Positions 1 through 8,741 of a stretch of DNA of 20,000 nt are shown in pieces (position 1 is the first letter of the stretch; every line of letters starts with the position of its first letter). The position numbers and the translations under genes are program-made. Source of the stretch: an uncultured virus (IMG/VR IMGVR_UViG_3300042868_010802) (Duplodnaviria; Heunggongvirae; Uroviricota; Caudoviricetes); the IMG/VR virus record IMGVR_UViG_3300042868_010802, one strand, 5' to 3'. The notes below the pieces were generated by a model that saw nothing but the letters and a program-made list of their open reading frames with translations, was not told the origin of the DNA and ran no database searches.

Positions 1-31
1 TGTATTTGTTTAAATCAATTTTTTGTGTCAT
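1..31 (-). CDS. 5' end of a gene running off the window (MTQKIDLNKY...), possibly a MazG-like NTP pyrophosphohydrolase
   Basis: ATG at 31-29 on the minus strand, with GGAG upstream and a sigma70 promoter at 61-89. Only 10 codons are visible, so the product guess rests on a recalled resemblance of the N-terminus and is weak. Confidence 0.5.
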   Translation of the reverse strand, partial: MTQKIDLNKY

Positions 32-60
32 TTAATTTGGTACTCCGTGCATACCCGACA

Positions 61-89
61 AGTATAACAGACTACTTAAGAAATGTCAA
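61..89 (-). promoter_or_regulatory. sigma70-type promoter with extended -10
   Basis: Minus strand reads TTGACA (89-84), 17 nt, TATACT (66-61), with TG one base upstream of the -10. Confidence 0.8.
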
Positions 90-100
90 AAATTAACCAT

Positions 101-1978
101 TCATCTTTTACCGAATCTTGGTCTTGGAAAAATGCGTCCCATCGGAGGTTTTGCGTTAACATTGGATTTTGGCCACAAAATGCCAGTGGTGGTTCTTTGT
201 TGTACAAATTTGGCTATTCTATTAGGGCTTCCTTGTATGTCACGATGTGCCCAGACATACCCTGGGGCATAAGACAATGTAGTTGCAGCAATTTTGTTAG
301 TCTCAGAAATTTTGATAAGATATTCTTTTAATTGTTTATTGGTCCAATGTGGGTTTGTTTCCATTACACATGCAGATATTCCAGCAACCTGAGGAGTTGC
401 CATACTAGTTCCTTGTATTTTTTGAAGATAGTGACTGCTTGATCTGCGATCAGTTACAGCTGGAACCACATTGGGACTATTGTCGTAAGCACTAATTATG
501 CTTACACCCGGGGCATAAAAATCCACTGCCGGGCCGCAGTTGCTAAAAGCTGCTTTGGAGTCCCAAGGAGTAGTATCCAACGCACCAATACAAAGACGAA
601 TGCTTGAGTCAACTGCATTACCAGGACTTAGACCGTAATTGTATTTCCATACTCCTGTCCTTAAAAATCCCGAACCAGCAAATGATACTGTAACGGTATT
701 GTTTGAGTCTGGTCCACCATCTACATCATTTTTAAAACTACTGTTTCCAGCAGCAGCAACAAAAATAATTCCTTCTTTGATTGCATCTGCAACACTGGCG
801 TCAATTGCTGCACTCCTTGTTCCTACTGAATAATAATCGGTATAAATTCCCCAATTATGTAGTTGCGCCGCAGTATACGGCGGAGAAAAAGTTGTTCCTC
901 TAAAATTTACAGAACTAATATTCTGAGGCTTGATAGCTCCACCAAAAGTACCCCAACTGTTTGTACAAATTGTTGGATTTTTTCTTTTTGTTATTGGATT
1001 GATTGGTTTATTTTTATGAAAAGCTCTAACATAATCTATAACCTTGGGCTCAAAAAAAGTTATGTTATAGATATTTGATTCTCTGGCCCATCCTTGTGTA
1101 ATGCCAGTAGCAGTTCCGGTACAGTGCAGTGCATGACTGTTGACTTGAAGTTTGTGCCCAAACATGCTTGTTCCGTTTCCAGAATAATCGTAGGTTCCAT
1201 TTGGGCCATTGCCGACTTCGGTATTGTGTTGATACCAATTGTAAGTTATGCATCTTGATCCACCTGACCCGTCGGGATTTTTTGCAAACTCTGGATGTGC
1301 CCGGTCAACTATACCACCATCAACAACAACCACGTCAACATTTTTTCCTGTTGCGTTCAACTCTACTGTAGCTGCAATACTGGTGTTATAATAGCCAGAT
1401 CCGCCGTAATCGCCCCAGGACTTTCCAGCTTTGGCTACAGCACCTGGTATATCCCAGTATCCTGGTGCAGTAGTCCACCCAGACCCAGTCCTGGTTGTCA
1501 TCTTTAGTGTGTCCCATGGCAAAAAAGTAAAACCCACCGGTCTGCTATTAAAAAATGATTGTGTACTCAACGGCCCAAAAGCATTTGGGTACACGTCTCC
1601 GGCGTTCAGCGTTGGCCTCGGTCTAGAGCATCTTAACAACCCCCAGTTTAGCATAGTGTTTGATAACGTAGCACTGAGATCCCAATTGGATGATGTTTGC
1701 CTTGACACATTCAATGGCATAATTTCAATTCCGTCATCTTTGAAATTAAGTTCTACGCCTGCCACTCTTGGGTCATTTGCTATTAGATCGGCTTCTTCAG
1801 CATTTAGCATGTAATGTAAAGTTCTGCTTATTGGTCCATAGTTACAGCATTCGACCAGTCTGTCGGGTATGTAAAGATCTCCACCCGGCGTCTCCATATC
1901 ATCACGAAAATTGTCAATTACTTCAAATGTAATTAAAGTAACAAAATATTCTTTTAAATTTTGATCGTTGATTTCCAT
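101..1978 (-). CDS. Subtilisin-like S8 serine protease, probably virion-associated
   Basis: 625 aa. Catalytic motifs VDVVVVDGG (Asp), HALHCTGTATG (His), AAAGN (oxyanion Asn) and GTSMATPQVAG (Ser), plus AAFSNCGPAVDFYAPG. Prodomain-like N-terminus, no signal peptide. Confidence 0.93.
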   Translation of the reverse strand: MEINDQNLKEYFVTLITFEVIDNFRDDMETPGGDLYIPDRLVECCNYGPISRTLHYMLNAEEADLIANDPRVAGVELNFKDDGIEIMPLNVSRQTSSNWDLSATLSNTMLNWGLLRCSRPRPTLNAGDVYPNAFGPLSTQSFFNSRPVGFTFLPWDTLKMTTRTGSGWTTAPGYWDIPGAVAKAGKSWGDYGGSGYYNTSIAATVELNATGKNVDVVVVDGGIVDRAHPEFAKNPDGSGGSRCITYNWYQHNTEVGNGPNGTYDYSGNGTSMFGHKLQVNSHALHCTGTATGITQGWARESNIYNITFFEPKVIDYVRAFHKNKPINPITKRKNPTICTNSWGTFGGAIKPQNISSVNFRGTTFSPPYTAAQLHNWGIYTDYYSVGTRSAAIDASVADAIKEGIIFVAAAGNSSFKNDVDGGPDSNNTVTVSFAGSGFLRTGVWKYNYGLSPGNAVDSSIRLCIGALDTTPWDSKAAFSNCGPAVDFYAPGVSIISAYDNSPNVVPAVTDRRSSSHYLQKIQGTSMATPQVAGISACVMETNPHWTNKQLKEYLIKISETNKIAATTLSYAPGYVWAHRDIQGSPNRIAKFVQQRTTTGILWPKSNVNAKPPMGRIFPRPRFGKR

Positions 1979-1981
1979 TCG

Positions 1982-4849
1982 TCAAGCCTCGAGTTGTAAT
2001 ATAGTTATACTACCAGGCACTGGTACTCCTGTTCCTGGATTTATCGAAGATATATAAATGTTATTGGATGGTGGAGAATCTCCATTAAATCCAACTGTGG
2101 CTGGAGTAAATAGCACTGTTTCTGAACCGGTAGTCACTATCTCAGCAACTAGACCCGCCCCTGGCAATGGGTCAGAGGCAATATCTCTGGTGTTGTCTGC
2201 AGTTAATGCCGCGCTGGTTGCATAAATTCTAACCCAAGCGGCCCCAGAAACCACAATAGACATCAATGCATACGATTTAAAACCATCAATTGTTTGTGTT
2301 CCACCAGTAAATGGTTTATCAATTCGTGTGGCCAACCCGGCTGTGCCGGTACCCCCACCGGTTGTGCCTCCTGATCCAGAACTGTCTGCAATTTTGATAA
2401 TTGTTGTAGCACTTCTAATAAAATACAATTTCTGAGTGACAAGATTTGCAAAAAGTCGACCAATGCTATCAGTACTGAGCAACGTATCGGTGGTTGATTT
2501 TACCCATACTCCGCTGGAGTCTCTTGAGTAAAAACCGCCATCGCGCACATCAACAATCCCAGACACACCGCCCGCAGAAAAGACCAAAGTCTCAAAAGTT
2601 GCCTGGCCTTGACTGTGTGCACTGTATCCGTAGTTTGATGATCCGGTGAATTTTGCAAGCAACGGGTCGCTTAAAAGATCTACAGTCAATGCCGATGCAG
2701 GGTTGTATGCAGTGTTGCCCATTTGTGTAGTTTCAAAAGTAAAGGTGTCACCATCTCTGATAATCTTGACTTTGCATCCTGTGGTACCAGCATCTGCCCA
2801 TCCGCCAACTCTTGTGACAGTATCATTGCCATTGGCAATAACTTTGGCGTCAGGAAGTAAATAGTTATAGACAATTTGCCATCCTGCACTTGTTCCGCCA
2901 GTGTCTCTCAAGGCCGAAAGAGTAGACTGCTGTCCTGTACCTGGGTCTACATGCCAACCACAGATTAATCCAACGTTGTCGTTGTCTGAATCAGTTGAAC
3001 TAAGTTTTACTTCTAACTCGTAACGGTCGTAAGCATCTGGACTAACAAATCCCACATAAGTACTTGTGTTCTCTGTGCATGTTATTGAACCAGTAGTTGC
3101 ATTAAATGCCCAGGCCAATAGTTCTGATGGACTTGCAGGTTGTGTTGGACCAGCATGACTAAAACGTGTCCAACTATTGAAAATTGTAGCTGTATCGGCT
3201 GCTAAATCTTTTGCATCTTCAAATTCTTCATCAGTTTCAATAAACGCACCAGTTTTTACAATATAATCAAGCTTGAATTGTTTGGTACTGTTTATCCATA
3301 TATAGGGAACCTGGCCTACTAAACCAGGTCGCTCGATAAAATCCATGCCAGTTGCACCAGTTGCACCGTCTTCACCAGCACTTCCTGAATAGCCAATCAG
3401 ACCACGCGGACCTGTAGCACCGGTCATACCTGTGGCACCAATTGGACCTGTGGCACCCGAAACCCCGTTGGGCCCTGTGGCACCTTTGTAAGCTGCTACA
3501 CCCGGTATGCCCTGACTTCCAGAGTAACCTATACTACCAGTATATCCCAAATTGCCGGTGGCACCCATGGCTACAAATTCACCAGGTATACCTTGTATCC
3601 CGGTTGCACCTTGTATTCCAGTTGCACCTGGTGTCCCAGTTGCACCAACATCACCTGGGGGACCATATGGTCCCCTTACACCCTGCGGTCCTACTATTCC
3701 TGTTGCGCCTGTTGAGCCCAGTGGACCTGACGCACCAGTCATACCAGTAGCACCAATTGTTGATGCAGGACCGGGTGCGCCCTGGGGTCCAGTTGCACCA
3801 GTTGCACCAAGATCACCTTTGTTACCAGCCCGAGTAAAAGAAATAACTATTTCTTCCAGATTATCAAATGCACTAACCCCATTGACAAAACTGCAATCCA
3901 CAATAAGATAATCAATGGATTCTACTACTACACCAATGTTAAAAATTGCATAATCCAATGGGTCTAATACATTGCTGATCTTTAGTGAACCTTTGACAGT
4001 ATTGGTACTATCGTCTATGGTCCTCAAATAAGTAGAACAGTCTATAGTAAATCTATCATATTTGCTGATATACAATTGAGTAGCAGCATTCAACACAATG
4101 TTGTTGAAAGACAAATTGCCCTGCCCTGGGTCTGCGTTATATACCCAGTTTCTAAAAAAATATTCAAATGCAACACCGCCGTAGCTGCCAGCTGGGCCTC
4201 GACTACCAGAAAAGCCTGGGAGACCCAATCCTGTTGCACCAGTTGCACCAAACTCGCCACCACCGCCAGCATCAGCTCCACCTAGATTGGCAAAATCAAC
4301 AAACCAGTATGTTTGCCCGCCGTCGATCGATGATATCTCCACCAAGTAATCTCCAGGTGCCGGAAATACCAAACTTTTTCCATCCAGCTGTCGATTGTTT
4401 AAACCGTAAGCCAGTGATGTAGGAAAAAAAGCACGATGTTGAATATTACCAACAGAAAACCATAGTACCACTCTTCCAGCTTGCCCCGGCGGTGGAAAGC
4501 CGTCAAATTGCAAAATCACATCATTCGACATAGAGATTTTATGGAAGGTGCCGTCACCATATCCAATTCCGACTACACCAGCTGATAATCCATGGTCAAA
4601 TACTGTTTCGCTGTACGACCGCAATTGTGTTCTATATAGAGTAGACCACTCCATGTCGTTTGCCAGTGCGTTATTTCCAAGTCCGGATTTAAATAGGCCT
4701 TTTTGTTGTATTTCGGTGATTTCACTTCGGGCATGCCCAAGTCCCAATTTAATATTGCCAAAATTATCTCTGAATCCTTGACTGTCATTGTTTTGGCCAG
4801 CTACAGGGAAGTTGGCATTAATTTTTGTGTTGTCGATTCTGCTAGTCAT
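1982..4849 (-). CDS. Collagen-repeat tail fibre / fibre-like structural protein
   Basis: 955 aa. N-terminal FPVAGQNNDSQGFRDNF attachment-type motif, a long Gly-X-Y tract (GAT repeats), a beta-rich lectin-like domain and a small C-terminal beta domain. Confidence 0.85.
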   Translation of the reverse strand: MTSRIDNTKINANFPVAGQNNDSQGFRDNFGNIKLGLGHARSEITEIQQKGLFKSGLGNNALANDMEWSTLYRTQLRSYSETVFDHGLSAGVVGIGYGDGTFHKISMSNDVILQFDGFPPPGQAGRVVLWFSVGNIQHRAFFPTSLAYGLNNRQLDGKSLVFPAPGDYLVEISSIDGGQTYWFVDFANLGGADAGGGGEFGATGATGLGLPGFSGSRGPAGSYGGVAFEYFFRNWVYNADPGQGNLSFNNIVLNAATQLYISKYDRFTIDCSTYLRTIDDSTNTVKGSLKISNVLDPLDYAIFNIGVVVESIDYLIVDCSFVNGVSAFDNLEEIVISFTRAGNKGDLGATGATGPQGAPGPASTIGATGMTGASGPLGSTGATGIVGPQGVRGPYGPPGDVGATGTPGATGIQGATGIQGIPGEFVAMGATGNLGYTGSIGYSGSQGIPGVAAYKGATGPNGVSGATGPIGATGMTGATGPRGLIGYSGSAGEDGATGATGMDFIERPGLVGQVPYIWINSTKQFKLDYIVKTGAFIETDEEFEDAKDLAADTATIFNSWTRFSHAGPTQPASPSELLAWAFNATTGSITCTENTSTYVGFVSPDAYDRYELEVKLSSTDSDNDNVGLICGWHVDPGTGQQSTLSALRDTGGTSAGWQIVYNYLLPDAKVIANGNDTVTRVGGWADAGTTGCKVKIIRDGDTFTFETTQMGNTAYNPASALTVDLLSDPLLAKFTGSSNYGYSAHSQGQATFETLVFSAGGVSGIVDVRDGGFYSRDSSGVWVKSTTDTLLSTDSIGRLFANLVTQKLYFIRSATTIIKIADSSGSGGTTGGGTGTAGLATRIDKPFTGGTQTIDGFKSYALMSIVVSGAAWVRIYATSAALTADNTRDIASDPLPGAGLVAEIVTTGSETVLFTPATVGFNGDSPPSNNIYISSINPGTGVPVPGSITILQLEA
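3347..3826 (-). repeat. Collagen triple-helix (Gly-X-Y) coding repeats
   Basis: GATGATGPQG-type repeats with short interruptions. Recurrent ccagttgcac motifs on the + strand. Confidence 0.9.
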
Positions 4850-4852
4850 GAT

Positions 4853-6838
4853 TTATTTAAATGCTCCTGTTTTAGGGAATTTCAAATATTTATTCCCCTC
4901 TCCGGGTCCTTGCCCGCCTACAAAATCAGACACTCGGTTAAATCTAGTTGCAGTGTCTTCAAATATAGTTGTTTCGTTGTCAAATACTGTTTCGGTGCTG
5001 CTAGTAAAATTTACCAATGTAGTGTCAAAAGTTTTGGTTAGATTGTCGTCTAGTTCGTACCTGTCAAATTCAAATCTAAAATCGTTAAAGTTGACCTTGG
5101 CCCTTCGTAATCTAAAAACAATGTTTTCGGACCCTTTGGGTATTGTGTAACACAACACAATGGCCTGTTGAAATCCAAGTGGTGGTGTATACTGCCCTGG
5201 TTTGCCTATAATAGGCTGCGGGCTAGTCATCCACCGTGGCAATATTCCCTGATTGTAATACCCAATGGACTGTTCCAATTGGTTGCGCATGTTTTGTAAT
5301 CCATTGGGTGTAAAAGTATACGTGGGATTTCCGTTTACCCAATAAAAGTTTTTTATTTGAGATCTCAAATCAATTGAGTCTGGTAATCCAACTGTTTCAC
5401 CCGATTCGGTAATTTTGGCAAAATTATCAATGATTGGCAAATACACAACTTCGTATTGAACTCGAAGATTTTGATCATATGCTACTGCGGTTTTTACTTC
5501 TCCAAGCAGTAGCGTTTTATTGTGGTGATTTTTTTCTAGCGCCTGGTAGTATTCATCAATGGTTTTGACTCGTAGCCCCGGTGCAAACAAAAATCTAAGT
5601 TCGTCAATTTTTCCAAACCATGGATCATTTTTTCTATACATCAACCTGTCAGGAAACAACACTCTATCGTCGAGCAAGGTTGCCAACTTTTGCCGTGTTT
5701 CAACCACAGGAAAAGATCTAATCCAAACGTTTACATAAGGTTCATCATGTACTTTATCGATATGCAATCGAAAACGCTTTTCTGTAAATGTAAATGTATC
5801 CAGGGTTTTTGCTCTTATTATAAATTCATAATCGTCGTTGACTGGTAAATTAACTGGGTCATCAACATGGCATCTAAAACCAGTCCGTCCTGCCAGAATC
5901 CCGTCTGCAAAAAAAACTAGACCCAATGGTATCTGTCCGTAATCAATTGGTTTTAGTGCATAGGTCAATTGTTTTCCGGTGTTGCATGTGGCTCTAATAT
6001 CCAACTCGCTTATTGCACCGTTTGCCATAGACGGTAAGTTTTCAGCCGAGTCCCAGGTGATAAAGTCAGAATCTGATGTTGTCATAAACACATATGTCAA
6101 TGCAGTATCAGCAACAACATAATTTGAATTTTCTATAAACCAGGGTTCAAGACCGGTAACTGTCAAGTATGTTATTCTCACAGTAATCGAATACTGAATA
6201 GGGCCAGTTGGGCCCCTTAACGCAACTACAAATTGATGGTCGTTGTCAGACGGTGTTGCTAACTTTGATCTTGCAAACTCATTCCAGGAATCTATAACAG
6301 GGTCAGGAAGAACTATTATTCCTGGTTTTGCAAATGTCATTGGACTAAATGGTACTATTCTTTGAGAGTGCATGACTTCTATAGAACCATTTTGGTACAG
6401 TTCGCCGCCAGGCGGTAGTTCCCCATGATCAATGCGCCAGTACATATTGATTGCACCGTCAACAACTCCTCCAGGTATTTGATACTGAAAAAAGTTTGTT
6501 ATGTATCGAACATGGTATTGATCAAACAATTTGGGCAACAATAATTCTTGACTTAGTAAACAAATTTTGAATGTTTGATCTGCATAATCGCCATCCGAAC
6601 TGGTAGCTCTTATTATAAAAGTAAATGTGCTAACAGGATTGTTTGAATTATAGTTTTGCTCAAATGGTATCCCTGATATTTGTCCAGTTGCTGTTGCTAA
6701 TACTGCACCTGTAGGCAACGACCCAGACTGCAGGGTGTAACTTGCAGTGCCCGAAGCTATTACTTGTTTACTAAAACCTACACCGTGTTGTACAGTGCCT
6801 AGATTAGTTGTAGTAGTGATCCAAATTGGTGCAGCCAT
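4853..6838 (-). CDS. Putative Ig-domain baseplate wedge / tail structural protein
   Basis: 661 aa. Repeated putative Ig-like motifs (YTLQSGSLPTG...TGQISGIP, GELPPG, GQIPLGL...GILAG, FTFIIRAT). Lies directly upstream of the fibre gene. Confidence 0.75.
   Translation of the reverse strand: MAAPIWITTTTNLGTVQHGVGFSKQVIASGTASYTLQSGSLPTGAVLATATGQISGIPFEQNYNSNNPVSTFTFIIRATSSDGDYADQTFKICLLSQELLLPKLFDQYHVRYITNFFQYQIPGGVVDGAINMYWRIDHGELPPGGELYQNGSIEVMHSQRIVPFSPMTFAKPGIIVLPDPVIDSWNEFARSKLATPSDNDHQFVVALRGPTGPIQYSITVRITYLTVTGLEPWFIENSNYVVADTALTYVFMTTSDSDFITWDSAENLPSMANGAISELDIRATCNTGKQLTYALKPIDYGQIPLGLVFFADGILAGRTGFRCHVDDPVNLPVNDDYEFIIRAKTLDTFTFTEKRFRLHIDKVHDEPYVNVWIRSFPVVETRQKLATLLDDRVLFPDRLMYRKNDPWFGKIDELRFLFAPGLRVKTIDEYYQALEKNHHNKTLLLGEVKTAVAYDQNLRVQYEVVYLPIIDNFAKITESGETVGLPDSIDLRSQIKNFYWVNGNPTYTFTPNGLQNMRNQLEQSIGYYNQGILPRWMTSPQPIIGKPGQYTPPLGFQQAIVLCYTIPKGSENIVFRLRRAKVNFNDFRFEFDRYELDDNLTKTFDTTLVNFTSSTETVFDNETTIFEDTATRFNRVSDFVGGQGPGEGNKYLKFPKTGAFK
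4854..4859 (-). promoter_or_regulatory. TAAATA late-promoter-like motif 4 nt upstream of the tail fibre ATG
   Basis: Minus strand TAAATA-aatc-ATG with no SD. It overlaps the upstream stop codon, so it may be partly coincidental. Confidence 0.4.
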
Positions 6839-6844
6839 AATATA

Positions 6845-6851
6845 TATTTAT
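6845..6851 (-). promoter_or_regulatory. T4-like late promoter motif (ATAAATA)
   Basis: ATAAATA-tatatt-ATG upstream of the structural gene at 6838, just downstream of a terminator. Resembles the T4 late consensus TATAAATA. Confidence 0.65.
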
Positions 6852-6867
6852 GGCATTTTAAGTCATT

Positions 6868-6889
6868 AAAAAACCCGCCGCAGCGGGAT
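6868..6889 (-). terminator. Rho-independent terminator
   Basis: Minus strand CCCGC-TGCG-GCGGG followed by TTTTTT, about 20 nt after the stop at 6909. Confidence 0.85.
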
Positions 6890-6908
6890 TGAATCGTGTG
6901 CAAATTTG

Positions 6909-7304
6909 TTATCGTCGCATTGTAGCAATTGCAACAGCTTCTTCGTCACTGAAAATAGGAACTGCATTGCTTTTGTGCATAGTACCGATACCTTTTACTT
7001 TGGTGCCAGTGTATACAGGACTAGCACGATGTGTTGACACGCCTACTTCACCAGTGTTGACGCTTTTGATACTGGTGCTGGTAGTTCTGCCTGGCGGCGT
7101 AGACAATTTATAATCCAAAGGCGCTGCACTCATTGCACGCCGTTGACGTTTTGTTTCAGCTTCTACATTCCACTTTTTTTGCAGAGCTTGCCATTCTGCA
7201 TTTAACTCTCGAGCTTTTTGTGCTTCAGCTGCATTGCGGAATTTGACTTTACCTTTTTTCTTGCCATTGAGGCTCAGACTAGGGTGGTGCAAGTGCATGG
7301 ACAT
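6909..7304 (-). CDS. Basic hypothetical phage protein (131 aa, C-terminal YTGTKVKGIGTMHKSNAVP motif)
   Basis: Start re-called at ATG 7304 (MSMHLHHP), just downstream of a perfect promoter. The longer 228-aa ORF would run through that promoter and the opposite-strand gene. Confidence 0.8.
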   Translation of the reverse strand: MSMHLHHPSLSLNGKKKGKVKFRNAAEAQKARELNAEWQALQKKWNVEAETKRQRRAMSAAPLDYKLSTPPGRTTSTSIKSVNTGEVGVSTHRASPVYTGTKVKGIGTMHKSNAVPIFSDEEAVAIATMRR

Positions 7305-7331
7305 GGTGTAGATTGTCTTTGTTAAAAGTAC

Positions 7332-7360
7332 ATTATACCACAAATTTGTCCGTTTGTCAA
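7332..7360 (-). promoter_or_regulatory. Perfect consensus sigma70 early promoter with extended -10
   Basis: TTGACA (7360-7355), 17 nt, TATAAT (7337-7332), in a TGgTATAAT context. Confidence 0.9.
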
Positions 7361-7386
7361 GTACTACTTGAGTTTTACCATTTAAA

Positions 7387-7393
7387 ATAAATA
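7387..7393 (+). promoter_or_regulatory. T4-like late promoter motif (ATAAATA)
   Basis: ATAAATA-acagt-ATG at 7399, with no SD. Confidence 0.6.
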
Positions 7394-7398
7394 ACAGT

Positions 7399-7674
7399 AT
7401 GGACTTTTTAAAATTAGTAGCAGAATTGGGTTTTCCTATAGCAGGTGCTATGGCTGCTGGATACTTTGTATTCTTAACCCTAAAATTTATTTTAGCTGGA
7501 GTAACAAGCAGTGTCAACGGCATGGGCGGAATCATCAAGGGCCTAGACAGCAGGGTTGACACCATGACAAACCAACTACAGCGTATTGATGTCAAGGTCA
7601 GTCACGCCCTGGGCCTACAACCAGACTACGATCGGATTGCTCGTGCAGATCAAGTTGATCAAAGGAAAGACTAA
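7399..7674 (+). CDS. Small membrane-anchored coiled-coil protein (GFPI motif; YvrJ/holin-like)
   Basis: 91 aa. LGFPIAGAMAAGYFVFLTLKFIL hydrophobic segment followed by a heptad-like helix. Paralogous N-terminus to 8006-8353. Confidence 0.8.
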   Translation: MDFLKLVAELGFPIAGAMAAGYFVFLTLKFILAGVTSSVNGMGGIIKGLDSRVDTMTNQLQRIDVKVSHALGLQPDYDRIARADQVDQRKD

Positions 7675-7853
7675 TGAAATACGTGGACTACGATTGGGAT
7701 CTTCGCAAAGATAGGATCATTCTAGACAGAGAGATCAATATCGACAGGCTAGAGTGGAATGCCGGGGATCACTTCGAAGTTAAAAACATAGATGGGCAAG
7801 TTCAGCTGGTCAAAGTAGATCCAATACTAAAATTTATCAGAGGGTACAAATAA
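7674..7853 (+). CDS. 59-aa protein, possible AbrB/MazE/SpoVT-like fold (missing from the ORF track)
   Basis: Translated by hand: MKYVDYDWDLRKDRIILDREINIDRLEWNAGDHFEVKNIDGQVQLVKVDPILKFIRGYK. TAATG overlap with the upstream stop and AAGGAA upstream. The L-x-W-x-x-GD-x-F-E-V...DG-Q-V-x-L pattern resembles AbrB-type domains. Confidence 0.7.
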   Translation: MKYVDYDWDLRKDRIILDREINIDRLEWNAGDHFEVKNIDGQVQLVKVDPILKFIRGYK

Positions 7854-8002
7854 TGGAAGATTCTATTAAAAATCTACAGTGCAATCTGGCAAAAGATTTA
7901 ATTGTATTAGAAACTAGCGAGATCAGCGAGCAGTACTTGCAAATGATCGAAGATACGTACGAACAAGTATATCAAATTCTTAATCAAGCACACAAGGAAT
8001 AA
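7853..8002 (+). CDS. 49-aa acidic helical hypothetical protein (missing from the ORF track)
   Basis: MEDSIKNLQCNLAKDLIVLETSEISEQYLQMIEDTYEQVYQILNQAHKE. TAATG overlap at 7851-7855, and it fills the gap to the next gene exactly. Confidence 0.6.
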   Translation: MEDSIKNLQCNLAKDLIVLETSEISEQYLQMIEDTYEQVYQILNQAHKE

Positions 8003-8005
8003 TAT

Positions 8006-8353
8006 ATGGATATTGCAGAAATGATCAACAAGTACGGATTTCCTATTGTTGCTGCTGGAGGAATGGGGTATTTCATATATTACGTGTGGACATGGGTAAC
8101 TACAGAAATCAAGCCTGTTATAGGACAAGCCAATGGAACTCTCATTGCTCTTATTGATCGTATTCGTATGTTGGACAACGACCTTATAAGGTTGAATCAA
8201 AAAGTAGAAACTGTAATGGAACTACGTGGCAAGACCATTGAAAGAGAACGAGTTATTGCCGAAGAAAAGATCAATCAAGTGGTTGATGAAAAACCCATCG
8301 GCAAGCGCCAAGCAACTCAGCAGGAAATCAAAGACGCATCAGGCGACGATTAA
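8006..8353 (+). CDS. Small membrane-anchored coiled-coil protein (GFPI motif), paralog of 7399-7674
   Basis: 115 aa. YGFPIVAAGGMGYFIYYVWTWV TM segment, then a coiled coil (LIDRIRMLDNDLIRLNQKV). AAGGA SD. Confidence 0.82.
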   Translation: MDIAEMINKYGFPIVAAGGMGYFIYYVWTWVTTEIKPVIGQANGTLIALIDRIRMLDNDLIRLNQKVETVMELRGKTIERERVIAEEKINQVVDEKPIGKRQATQQEIKDASGDD

Positions 8354-8713
8354 CAAAGGAATCATTGCTAGATAAGTGACTTGGTGTGCCAACTGATCTA
8401 GTCCAAACTGATTCCAAAATAGTGGTTTGGTGTTGTCTTTGCAACCAAAGTGTACCTTGGTCCAATCAATATGATAGTGTATTACACCTTCGACGAAACA
8501 CAAAATTACCATAAGTGGTAACGACATGGGTATAAAAAGACTCGCAAGAAATAATACTACCAAACTTCCGACTATGTGATCCAAGGTATGACTTATACCC
8601 ACTGGATCACGATAAATGCCTTTTCGAACCGTTTGTGCATAGGTCTGAATTACAAAATCAGCATAGTAATGCTTGATCTGTAACAACAGCATTATGAATA
8701 GGGCTTCGAACAT
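8339..8713 (-). CDS. DUF3307-like membrane protein
   Basis: 124 aa, hydrophobic, with HYYADFVIQ, HTLDH, HYHIDWTK and LDQLAH motifs typical of DUF3307. AAGGAA SD. Confidence 0.8.
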   Translation of the reverse strand: MFEALFIMLLLQIKHYYADFVIQTYAQTVRKGIYRDPVGISHTLDHIVGSLVVLFLASLFIPMSLPLMVILCFVEGVIHYHIDWTKVHFGCKDNTKPLFWNQFGLDQLAHQVTYLAMIPLLIVA

Positions 8714-8741
8714 TAGTTTCCTTGATATATAAACTTACTTT

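Noticed and set aside
3442..3911. Plus-strand Pro/Val-rich ORFs
   Set aside because: Antisense shadows of the collagen Gly-X-Y codons.
7305..7595. N-terminal extension of the 228-aa ORF
   Set aside because: It runs through a perfect promoter and is antisense to the convincing 7399-7674 gene. The true start is most likely 7304.
7907..8200. 97-aa minus-strand ORF
   Set aside because: Antisense to two tightly coupled plus-strand genes and has no recognisable motif.
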